A stretch of 64,000 nucleotides of DNA, taken from assembly GCA_964627515.1 (NCBI GenBank), contig CAZVHO010000008.1, positions 4,244 through 68,243 of the forward strand. Reading direction: 5' to 3'. The DNA comes from an uncultured Thermodesulfobacteriota bacterium. Its GTDB lineage: Bacteria > Desulfobacterota > RBG-13-43-22. The position numbers and the translations under genes were made by a program. The first letter of the stretch is position 1. The number at the start of each line of letters is the position of its first letter. Below, one piece after another: positions 8,675 to 16,818 of this stretch. The notes below the pieces were generated by a model. That model saw only the letters and a program-made list of their open reading frames with translations, was not told the origin of the DNA and searched no databases.

Positions 8675-9007
8675 ATGAGAACAAGTCTGAGAAAGAGAGC
8701 TTTTATTCTGGTTTCACTATTAGTCGTGATGGTTATTTTTATTGCCTTGAAATCCGAAATTCAGGCAGCAGAGAACTGGTATACGGCTGCTGTGGTTTCA
8801 GCCGGGCCGGGCTGGGGTTCGGCCTATATCTGCTTGACGGCTACCAATGGGGCCTTTACCAATAAATATATGATCTGTCGAACCGACCAGCCTAAGGAGC
8901 AATTGGCCATGGCCGTGACTGCCATGGCTTTGGGCAAATATGTCATGGCTTATTTAGATCCGGCTTTAGCAACGCCTACTATACAAGCCATGTATGTAAT
9001 CAATTAA
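8675..9007 (+). CDS. Small secreted protein of unknown function
   Basis: ATG 8675 lies 7 nt after AAAGGAG. It has a signal peptide (MRTSLRKRAFILVSLLVVMVIFIALKSEIQA). The mature part is about 80 aa with 2 Cys. Confidence 0.55.
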   Translation: MRTSLRKRAFILVSLLVVMVIFIALKSEIQAAENWYTAAVVSAGPGWGSAYICLTATNGAFTNKYMICRTDQPKEQLAMAVTAMALGKYVMAYLDPALATPTIQAMYVIN

Positions 9008-9253
9008 GGATCAGGGTCGACTCGGAATACGAATATTCGGGCATTTATTTTACCTTTAAAGCCCCGTGTTGGCTTTGAGTTGGTGCCGGGAAGTCCTGGA
9101 TACTTTCCTGGCACGAGGGGCTTGGCGCTTTGAAACCGAAAGAGGTCCACCATGCTGGGTCCAGGTCAGATGTCTGACGGATAAAATGACTATGGAGGCC
9201 GCGATAGGGGTATCCTTCAACTATGAAGCGCCTAAGGTCCACCCTGGTCCTTA

Positions 9254-9991
9254 TTATCGCCTCGCCTCCCCCCGAACGGTGATCACCCATTCCTCCACTG
9301 GAATGTCTTTCCCGGAGGCTTTCAGGGCCTTTTTGACGATAAAGGGCAAGCCGGCACAGCAGGGGACTTCCATGACCGCGGTGGTGATGCTTTTGATGCC
9401 GGCGGTTTTAAAGATATCGGTGAACTTTTGGATATATTCCTGGACGTCATCAAATTTGGGACAGCCCATCATGACCACTTTGTCTTTCAGAAAATCCCGG
9501 TGGAAATTGGGGTAGGCCAGGGGGGTACAGTCGGCCACCACCAATAAATCGGCCCCTTTTAGGAAGGGGGCCGTGGGAGGCACCAGTTTGATCTGTACCG
9601 GCCAATGGCCGAGGGCCGAAGTCTGGCCTTCCTGAGAACGAGGCACATTGGCCTGCTGACAGGTGTCGGGTTGGGCCAGGGTTTGCAATCGGGTGGAAGG
9701 ACAGCCGCAGGGAAGAGAGTCCGGGGTCGGCAATTCCGTTTTTTCGACCTTCTTTAAATGTTCTTCGACTGCCGTCTCGTCAAAATCTTCGGCTTCCCGT
9801 TCTATGATTTTGAGGGCATCGTTAGGGCATTCTCCCAGACAGGCCCCGAGACCATCGCAATATTTTTCGGCCATCAATTGGGCCTTGCCGTCGATGACCT
9901 GGATGGCCCCTTCGGCGCAGGAAGGCACGCATTGACCGCAGCCGTCACACAGGTCAGGGTCAATTTCAATGATCTTTCGTTTCAGTCTCAT
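9254..9991 (-). CDS. 4Fe-4S dicluster ferredoxin-domain protein (FrdX-like, hcp-associated)
   Basis: Start MRLKRK at 9991 follows GGAG. It has the cluster motifs CDGCGQCVPSCAEGA and CDGLGACLGECPNDA. The Cys-rich C-terminal domain (MGCPKF…VPCCAG) is typical of ferredoxin-like genes that sit next to hcp. Confidence 0.75.
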   Translation of the reverse strand: MRLKRKIIEIDPDLCDGCGQCVPSCAEGAIQVIDGKAQLMAEKYCDGLGACLGECPNDALKIIEREAEDFDETAVEEHLKKVEKTELPTPDSLPCGCPSTRLQTLAQPDTCQQANVPRSQEGQTSALGHWPVQIKLVPPTAPFLKGADLLVVADCTPLAYPNFHRDFLKDKVVMMGCPKFDDVQEYIQKFTDIFKTAGIKSITTAVMEVPCCAGLPFIVKKALKASGKDIPVEEWVITVRGEARR

Positions 9992-10059
9992 TTTTATCTC
10001 CTTAATCGCAAAGGGCTGGCGGCAGAGAGCAAAGAGCAAAGAGTAAATTCCCTTTATAG

Positions 10060-10266
10060 TATCAGTTTAGCCTTTTGAAAAAACGTCGATTTCCTTTCCG
10101 TCATTCCCGTGAAAACGGGAATCCAGGTGTCATGCTGAGCCGAAAAGAACCTGGATTCCCGTCCCCGATTAAGACTTTCGAGGACAAGCTTTCACGGGAA
10201 TGACGGGGCAAGCAGGTCAGAATTTTCAAGTAAAAGCTTCTAATTTTTCAAAGGGCTAAAGTGATA
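10060..10266. mobile_element. MITE-like nested palindromic element, copy a (GTCATTCCCG / GGAATCCAGG family)
   Basis: Outer inverted repeats are TATCAGTTTAGCCTTTTGAAAAA (10060-10082) and TTTTTCAAAGGGCTAAAGTGATA (10244-10266). Inner perfect 17-bp inverted repeats are CCGTCATTCCCGTGAAA (from 10098) and TTTCACGGGAATGACGG (to 10207). The core inverted repeat is CGGGAATCCAGGT / ACCTGGATTCCCG. There is no coding capacity. Confidence 0.8.
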
Positions 10267-10284
10267 CCCTTTATACTCTATGCC

Positions 10285-11025
10285 CTATGTGTTTGTTTTG
10301 ACGTTAAAAACTTCCCGAGCCAACTTCCGGCCCATTTCAGTTAAAAAAGATTTTTCTATGATTTCCTCCAGCCTCTCTGGTCTGGAAGGTTTTTCTTTCT
10401 GGTTTTCTTCCAGGTTGACGATCAGATCAGCATCATAGAGGGCCTTAAAGTTGGTTGTTTCCTCGGGCCTGGGATGATGATGATGGCCGACGATGTCACA
10501 AACCTCATCGATCAGCCCTTCCCGGGCGCCCAATTGGATCAGGATCTCCCGGGCGATGGGCGGTCCTAATTCTTCCTGATAGCGGGCGGCCGTGCTCTGG
10601 TATCTTCTTTCGGCCTCATGGATGCCTATGTCGTGCAGATAAGACGCCGGCAGGATAACGGCCAGATTACCCTTTTCTTCTTTGCCGATCTGTTCGGCAT
10701 ATCGGGCGACCTTGATGGCGTGGCCGATACGTCGGAAGTCTTTTCCGAAATAACGTTTCATCTCTATGGCCACTCGGTCCTTTAACAAATCTTCTTTCTG
10801 GGCCATCAGTTCCGGGGGCAAATCTCCCAAACATTGCTCGGCATATTGACAATAGGAGGCGCACCCGAAATCCATCTTAGGGTTCAGAAGGCGGTAACCG
10901 CATTTTTTACAGCGCCGGGTGGTATCGTCCTTAAAGAATTCCATTTCCTGCCCGCACTGGGGACAGTTGGCTTCAAAGATGGAACCGGGTTGCCAGTAGC
11001 GGCTGTCTTGACCTGGACATTTCAT
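10285..11025 (-). CDS. HD-domain phosphohydrolase with N-terminal zinc-ribbon
   Basis: Start MKCPGQ at 11025. It has CPQCG…CKKCG (zinc ribbon), an HD motif (YLHDIGIHEAE) and GHHHHP. Confidence 0.75.
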   Translation of the reverse strand: MKCPGQDSRYWQPGSIFEANCPQCGQEMEFFKDDTTRRCKKCGYRLLNPKMDFGCASYCQYAEQCLGDLPPELMAQKEDLLKDRVAIEMKRYFGKDFRRIGHAIKVARYAEQIGKEEKGNLAVILPASYLHDIGIHEAERRYQSTAARYQEELGPPIAREILIQLGAREGLIDEVCDIVGHHHHPRPEETTNFKALYDADLIVNLEENQKEKPSRPERLEEIIEKSFLTEMGRKLAREVFNVKTNT

Positions 11026-11044
11026 AGCAGACTCCTTAAAAGGG

Positions 11045-11189
11045 CTCAAAGCTCAAAGCTGAAAGTTGAAAGCTTAAAGCTCAAGGTTTAAGGTACACGG
11101 TCACGGTATACGGTTCAAGGTATAAGGTACAGGGGCCGGGATAAAGATGTTTTGATTTGTCTTGGACCTTGCACCCTGTACCGTACACC
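11045..11189. repeat. Low-complexity word-repeat hairpin (GCTCAAAG / AAGGTA / CACGGT words)
   Basis: ctcaaagctcaaagctgaaagttgaaagcttaaagctcaaggtttaaggtacacggtcacggtatacggttcaaggtataaggtacagggg is followed by the partly complementary cttggaccttgcaccctgtaccgtacacc. It lies between the hcp stop and the HD gene start. Confidence 0.7.
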
Positions 11190-11198
11190 TTTCATTTA

Positions 11199-12827
11199 TT
11201 ATCCCAAAATCGCCTTCAGGTCCTCTTCCGGCGTGGTGATGGGCATGATGTTGAAATTTTTGACCAGGAAATCAAGAACATTCGGCGTAACGAAGGCCGG
11301 CAGGGAAGGCCCCAGACGAATGTTTTTAATCCCCAGGTAAAGCAGGGTCAGGAGAATGGCTACGGCCTTCTGTTCGTACCAGGAAAGAATCATGGACAGG
11401 GGCAGTTCATTGACCCCCACATTGAAGGCCTTGGCCAGGGCCACGGCGATCTGGACCGCCGAATAGGCGTCATTGCACTGACCTACATCCAACAGACGGG
11501 GGATCCCGCCGATGTCTCCCAGTTCCTTGTCAAAGAACCGGAACTTGCCGCAGGCCAGGGTGAGGATGACCGTATCCTTCGGCGCCTTTTCCACGAACTC
11601 GGTGTAATAATTGCGGCCCGGTTTGGCCCCGTCACAGCCGGCCACCAGGAAAAAGTGACGAATGGCCTTGCTTTTTACCGCCTCGATGACCGTCCCGGCT
11701 ACGCCCATCACGGTGTTCCGGCCAAAACCGACGGTGACGGTTTTCCCGTCGCTGTCTTCGGCAAAACCGGGCAGGGCCAGTGCCCTTTCAATGGCCGGGG
11801 TAAAGTTTTTATCGGCCATGTGGGTGACCCCCGGCCAGCCGACCAGACCGGTGGTGAAAATATTGGCCTGATAGGACTCTTTCGGTTTCTGGATGCAATT
11901 AGTGGTCATGATGATGGCCCCGGGAAATTCGGCGAATTCCTTCCCCTGATTCTGCCAGGCGGTTCCGTAATGTCCGTAAAAATGGGCATATTTCTTCAGT
12001 TCGGGATAGCCGTGCAGCGGCAGCATCTCCCCGTGGGTGTAGACGGTGATCCCCTTTCCCTCGGTCTGCTTCAGGATCAGCTCCATATCCTTCAAATCGT
12101 GGCCGGAAACCAGGATGGCCTTGCCCTTTTTATGGCCCAGGGGGACCTTGGTCGGTACGGGATGACCATAGGTTTCGGTGTTGGCCGCATCCAGGATTTC
12201 CATGGTCTTCAGGTTGATCTCGCCGGCCTTCATGGTCAGACCGATCCAGTCGTTCAGGGTCAGGTCCTTATTCAAGGCGGCCGCCAGCCCCTCATGCATG
12301 AAGGCGTAAACGGCCTCGTCTTCTTTGCCGAGTATCCGGGCGTGATCAGCGTAGGCGGCGATTCCTTTAATGCCGAAGGTAACGGTCCAGATCAGGGCGT
12401 GAATATCTCTGTCGGTCGTAGTATCCGCCTGGATGCCGACCTTTTCACCCTGGGCCGTCAGTCCTTCCAGGCTATCGGCCAGGGTCAAGTTGGCGGGCCC
12501 GTCCGGGAAATCAACTTTGCCCCCGGCGGCTTTAACTTTGGCCTTCAGCTTTTCCCTTAAAACGACGATTTTTTCAAGGATGGGTCTGAACCGTTCGGGA
12601 TCAAAATCCACATTGGTCAGGGTGGAAAACATGGCCTCTGCGGTAAAGGCATTAACCTCCGGGTCACTGATACCCACCTTCCGTCCTTCTACCGCCACCT
12701 GGGATAACCCCCGCATGGTGTAAACCACCAGATCCTGCAAAGCGGCCACTTCGGGCTGTTTACCGCAAACACCGATCTTGGTACATCCTTCTCCTTTGGC
12801 CGTCTGTTCACATTGGTAGCAAAACAT
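11199..12827 (-). CDS. hcp: Hybrid cluster protein (hydroxylamine reductase)
   Basis: It has the N-terminal signature MFCYQCEQTAKGEGCTKIGVCGK and is 542 aa, the expected length. The architecture is typical of class I/II Hcp. Confidence 0.95.
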   Translation of the reverse strand: MFCYQCEQTAKGEGCTKIGVCGKQPEVAALQDLVVYTMRGLSQVAVEGRKVGISDPEVNAFTAEAMFSTLTNVDFDPERFRPILEKIVVLREKLKAKVKAAGGKVDFPDGPANLTLADSLEGLTAQGEKVGIQADTTTDRDIHALIWTVTFGIKGIAAYADHARILGKEDEAVYAFMHEGLAAALNKDLTLNDWIGLTMKAGEINLKTMEILDAANTETYGHPVPTKVPLGHKKGKAILVSGHDLKDMELILKQTEGKGITVYTHGEMLPLHGYPELKKYAHFYGHYGTAWQNQGKEFAEFPGAIIMTTNCIQKPKESYQANIFTTGLVGWPGVTHMADKNFTPAIERALALPGFAEDSDGKTVTVGFGRNTVMGVAGTVIEAVKSKAIRHFFLVAGCDGAKPGRNYYTEFVEKAPKDTVILTLACGKFRFFDKELGDIGGIPRLLDVGQCNDAYSAVQIAVALAKAFNVGVNELPLSMILSWYEQKAVAILLTLLYLGIKNIRLGPSLPAFVTPNVLDFLVKNFNIMPITTPEEDLKAILG

Positions 12828-12915
12828 AACTTTCTCCTTTCGACTTTTTCTTTATTAATTATTTTATATTATAACCTTTTGAAACTAACTATAATCATCC
12901 TTGAAAGAGTCTGCA

Positions 12916-12929
12916 TTGATTTAAGTCAA
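12916..12929. promoter_or_regulatory. CRP/FNR-family (HcpR/FNR-type) operator candidate upstream of hcp
   Basis: The palindrome TTGAT-TTAA-GTCAA is centred about 95 bp upstream of the hcp ATG in an AT-rich region. It matches the TTGAT-N4-ATCAA class at 9 of 10 half-site positions. Confidence 0.4.
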
Positions 12930-13160
12930 AAAAATAATTTTTTTATGACCTGCCGATCGATTGGGACGCGAATGGAGACTGGGAACTATTGTAAAGGAAA
13001 CGATCGGGAGTAAGATTTAAAAAATACAGCCTATTTCTTGAGAAAATACAACGTTAACCCTCTTTTCATCTCCAAAAAACACCGATAAAGTAAAAAAGGG
13101 AAGAATATATGGTGAGGGTGGGGAAAATCTATTCTCGTTTGTAAGAAGGGGGCTTTAGAA

Positions 13161-15458
13161 ATGGGCACTGAGAAACAAATCCTTATCGTCGATGACAATA
13201 CCACCCTCAGGGTAGGTTTACGGTCTCTTCTTGCTTCCCATCAGGGCTTTCGGGTCGTGGACGAAGCCGGAGACGGCCAGGAAGCGATTCAGTCCGTCGA
13301 CAAGTTTCTTCCGGACCTCGTTATAATGGATCTTTCCATGCCCCGAATGAACGGTATAGAGGCCACTCGGGAAATCAAAAAAAAATGGCCGGGGATAAAG
13401 ATACTGGCCTTCACCGTGCAAGATTCTGAAGAATATATCATGGCCATGCTCAAGGCCGGAGCCGATGGTTACATCCTGAAAGATTCCACCCATGATGAAC
13501 TGATTCAATCCATTGAAAATATTCTGGCCGGAAACCGGGTCTTAAGTTCAGACATCGAGGAGGCCTTGCGTGAGAGCGAGGAGCGGTTTCGGGCCGTTTT
13601 CGAATCAGCAGCCATCGGAATAGAGCAGCATAACCTGAATGGTCACTTCCTGCAGGGAAACACAAAACTCGCCGAAATTATCGGTCTGACCGCCCAGGAG
13701 ATTCGTCAACGATCCTTTAAGGAGATTACCCATCCGGATGACCTGGAGCGTGAAGAACCCCTGATTGAGCAGTTGATTCGAGGCGAGCGGTCATCCTATA
13801 CCATTGAAAAGAGATATATCCACAAAGACGGCCACCCGGTCTGGGTCCGGGCCACCTCTTCGTTGGCTAAAGAGGTCCGAACCCCTTACCGGATTTCCAT
13901 CATTGAGGATATCACCGAGCGCAAGAAAGCTGAAGACGCCCTGAAGAAGTCCGAGGAAAAGTATCGTGAGCTGGTAGAAAATATCAATGATGTCATCTTT
14001 GAATTGGATGAGAATGGGAGGGTAACCTATATCAGCCCTACCTGTGAGTCTATTATGGGATCTTGTTCGACTTTACTGATCGGCAAGACCATCACGGACT
14101 TCCTGTTTCCGGAAGACCGGGCGGCAGCCGGAGAGGGTATCCGGAAAGTTATGAATGGTCAGGTTCACTCCATTGAAGTTCGGATACCGCACCAATCCGG
14201 TGAAGTCCGTTGGGTAAGAATTTCAAGCCGGCCGATCAACAAAGAAGAACGGATAATCGGACTCCGGGGGATACTGACCGACCTTACGGAACGTAAACGG
14301 ATGGAGGAGGAACGGATTATAATTGACAAGCTGGAGTCCACCGGGATCCTGGCCGGAGGAATAGCCCATGATTTCAACAACCTTTTAGCCGTGATCCTTG
14401 GAAATCTTGAGCTGGCCAGGATATTTCCTCAGTCCGTTGAGATGATGATTCCGTACCTTGAGGCTGCCGAAAAGGCGACTATCGCGGCCCAGGGTTTGAC
14501 CCGGCAGTTTATCACCTTTGCCAAAGGGGGAGCACCGATAAAAAAAATGATCTCCCTGACCGATCTCCTCAAAGAGCAGGTCACCTTTACCTTGAGAGGT
14601 TCCCCGGCAGGTTGTACCTTCTCGATTCCGTCCGATACCTGGAAAACAGAGGTCGACGAGAATCAGGTCGGGCAAGTCATACGGAATATGGTTTTGAATG
14701 CCCGGGAGGCCATGCCGGAAGGCGGAATGGTCTCGGTGGCAGTGGAAAATGAAACGGTTGACAGCCGGTCAGGTCTGCCTTTATCCGATGGAGACTACGT
14801 AAAGCTGAGCATCGGCGATCAAGGCAGCGGCATTCCCGGGGAGGTTCTTCCTAAGATCTTTGATCCCTATTTTTCGACCAGAAAACGGGGGGATCAGAAG
14901 GGGGTGGGGCTGGGACTGACCATTTGTCATTCGATCATCCAGAAACATGGCGGGACGATCACCGTAGCTTCAAGGTTGAGTGAAGGAACGACCTTTCATA
15001 TTTATCTTCCCGCTTCAAGGCAAGGGGAGTTTACGGTACCGGAGGGTCTTCATGGGGTGGGCAGGATCCTGGTGATGGACGATGAGGAGATGGTCCGTAA
15101 ACTGATCGAGTCAATACTTCAGACCCTGGGTTATGAGGTAACTCTTGCAGAAGACGGAGAAAAGGCCATTGAGTGCTATCGACAGGCGAAGGTCCTTGGT
15201 CATCCCTTTGATGCGGTGATTTTGGACTTGATCGTTTCCGGGGGGACAGGGGGTAAGGATGCGATCCGGGAATTTCTGAAATTTGATCCCCAGGTGAAAG
15301 CGATTGTTTCAAGCGGCTACTCGAATGACCCGGTGATCATGAATTATGAACTGTACGGTTTCTCGGGTGCTCTGACAAAGCCTTATCGGATCTGCGACCT
15401 CCACGAAACCCTCTCCAGGGTTATAGAGAAGATAAGGATTGAAGGAATTCAGCATTAA
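13161..15458 (+). CDS. Hybrid sensor: receiver + 2 PAS + histidine kinase + C-terminal receiver
   Basis: The N-terminal REC has ILIVDDN…VIMDLSMP. Two PAS modules are each preceded by EERFRAVFE or SEEKYRELVENINDVIF. The H-box is AHDFNNLL, the ATPase has DQGSGIP…GLGLTICH, and the C-terminal REC has ILVMDDEE…DLIVSGG. Confidence 0.9.
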   Translation: MGTEKQILIVDDNTTLRVGLRSLLASHQGFRVVDEAGDGQEAIQSVDKFLPDLVIMDLSMPRMNGIEATREIKKKWPGIKILAFTVQDSEEYIMAMLKAGADGYILKDSTHDELIQSIENILAGNRVLSSDIEEALRESEERFRAVFESAAIGIEQHNLNGHFLQGNTKLAEIIGLTAQEIRQRSFKEITHPDDLEREEPLIEQLIRGERSSYTIEKRYIHKDGHPVWVRATSSLAKEVRTPYRISIIEDITERKKAEDALKKSEEKYRELVENINDVIFELDENGRVTYISPTCESIMGSCSTLLIGKTITDFLFPEDRAAAGEGIRKVMNGQVHSIEVRIPHQSGEVRWVRISSRPINKEERIIGLRGILTDLTERKRMEEERIIIDKLESTGILAGGIAHDFNNLLAVILGNLELARIFPQSVEMMIPYLEAAEKATIAAQGLTRQFITFAKGGAPIKKMISLTDLLKEQVTFTLRGSPAGCTFSIPSDTWKTEVDENQVGQVIRNMVLNAREAMPEGGMVSVAVENETVDSRSGLPLSDGDYVKLSIGDQGSGIPGEVLPKIFDPYFSTRKRGDQKGVGLGLTICHSIIQKHGGTITVASRLSEGTTFHIYLPASRQGEFTVPEGLHGVGRILVMDDEEMVRKLIESILQTLGYEVTLAEDGEKAIECYRQAKVLGHPFDAVILDLIVSGGTGGKDAIREFLKFDPQVKAIVSSGYSNDPVIMNYELYGFSGALTKPYRICDLHETLSRVIEKIRIEGIQH

Positions 15459-15477
15459 TCGGTGGGTTCCGTTATCA

Positions 15478-15532
15478 CTCCACCCACCCTACAATTTGCT
15501 ACCCTCCTCCGGGAGGGCAGGGGTGGGTGGAG
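15478..15532. terminator. Strong nested hairpin between convergent genes (also a dispersed CCACCCACCCTAC-type repeat)
   Basis: CTCCACCCACCC … GGGTGGGTGGAG forms a 12-bp stem enclosing CCCTCC-TCCG-GGAGGG, and is followed by CTATTTTCG. A related half-copy lies at about 49545-49570. Confidence 0.55.
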
Positions 15533-15543
15533 CTATTTTCGAA

Positions 15544-16359
15544 CTAATGGGATGAAGCCGGCTGTAAGCCCCCGGAAAGCAGGATCCCGCCGTCCACCAC
15601 GATCTCGGTGCCGGTCGTATAACTGGAGGCATCGGAAGCCAGATAAATCGCCGCTCCGGCTATCTCATCCGGATCCCCGATACGTCTCATGGGGGTCATC
15701 CCGGCCATGGCCTCCTGCTCCTTTTGGGCCTCTTCCGGTGAAAGGTGAAACCAGTGGGAGTTTAACATCTTGGTGCTGATCGGTCCGGGAGCAATCGTGT
15801 TCACCAGTATATTAAAAGGCGCCAGTTCTGAAGCAAAGGCTTTGGTGATCATGCGGACACCGGCCTTGGAAATACTATAAACGCTTACCCCGGGTTCCGG
15901 CATAAAGCCGTCCACGGATGCGATATTGATGATTTTGCCGCCGCCTTGCTCCTTCATTACCCTGGCGACGGCCTGGCTGGTAAAATAAAGGCCCTTCATG
16001 TTCAGATTCATAATAGTATCCCATAGACGCTCGTCGGACTCCAGGACGCTTCCCATGGCCGGGCTGGCGCCGGCATTATTGACCAGTATATCAATCCTCC
16101 CGAACCGGTTCATAACCACCCCGACCATCTTGTCTATCTCTTCCTTCTTGCCCAGATGGGCTTGAATAGGCAGGGCCTCTCCCCCAAAAGCCTTAATTTC
16201 AGCGGCATTGGCCTCCAGGTCGTTAATTTTTCGGCTGGTCAGGGCCACCTTTGCCCCGGCCTTGGCAAACCCCAAGGCGATGGCCTTGCCTATGCCCCGG
16301 CTGCCCCCGGTAACAATGGCAATTTTACCCTGTAAAGAGAACTTGGAAAGATCAAACAT
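15544..16359 (-). CDS. SDR-family oxidoreductase
   Basis: Start MFDLSKF at 16359 follows GGAGG. It has TGGSRGIGKAI (TGxxxGxG), NNAG and YSISKAG (YxxxK). Confidence 0.9.
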   Translation of the reverse strand: MFDLSKFSLQGKIAIVTGGSRGIGKAIALGFAKAGAKVALTSRKINDLEANAAEIKAFGGEALPIQAHLGKKEEIDKMVGVVMNRFGRIDILVNNAGASPAMGSVLESDERLWDTIMNLNMKGLYFTSQAVARVMKEQGGGKIINIASVDGFMPEPGVSVYSISKAGVRMITKAFASELAPFNILVNTIAPGPISTKMLNSHWFHLSPEEAQKEQEAMAGMTPMRRIGDPDEIAGAAIYLASDASSYTTGTEIVVDGGILLSGGLQPASSH

Positions 16360-16689
16360 GGTAAAACCTCCTTTACTTTTATAAAGAACCAATAATAACC
16401 TATGAAAAGAAATTATCAAGAAGAAAATACAGCTCTTTTTTCGAATACAACCCTTTTTTTATTCAATTTTTCCTCTTGACCCTCGTTCTCTTCTCATTCT
16501 ATAATCCCGTCACAAAGGAAATCGAAGTTCAGGCGATCGGGGGCCGGGGGCCGTTGTCAGGGATCTGGGATCTGGGGTCAGGGAGCAGTGAAAGAATAAA
16601 GATGCAAGTTCCAAGTGAAAAAACCTGGATTCGAGGGTTCAGCCGCTCGACTTCGTCGAGCTATAGAAAAGGTTCCCCTCCGGGGAACC

Positions 16690-16795
16690 GCAGGGTTTTA
16701 ATTCCAAGCCTTTCACTTGAATCCCTGGCCCATAGACCTTTTGAATCCTTTTTCATGCTTCGTGGGGTCCCCACGGGGCATGAGGTTTTGCATAA
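16690..16795 (+). repeat. Dispersed repeat family 2 (…CCTTTCACTTGAA…TTCATGCTTCGTGGGG…), copy 1
   Basis: It shares blocks with 17681-17793 in the same orientation, with 18612-18778 inverted, and with a partial copy at 62163-62191. Confidence 0.7.
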
Positions 16796-16818
16796 TCTAA
16801 AAACGGAGGTAAAGGGAA

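Noticed and set aside
9045-9515. ORFs 9045-9290 (-) and 9066-9515 (+) in and beside the convergent intergenic region
   Set aside because: There are no motifs or SD, and the second is mostly antisense to the ferredoxin-like gene. The ~200-bp gap folds into nested hairpins and is more simply explained as convergent terminators. A sigma-54-like TGGCAC at ~9106 was also checked, but the GG-to-GC spacing is 2 nt too long.
11157-12560. 467-aa ORF on the plus strand
   Set aside because: It lies entirely antisense to the unmistakable hcp gene. Its sequence is low-complexity and G/Q/P/D-rich with no recognisable motif and no SD. This is a typical shadow ORF of a GC-biased coding region.
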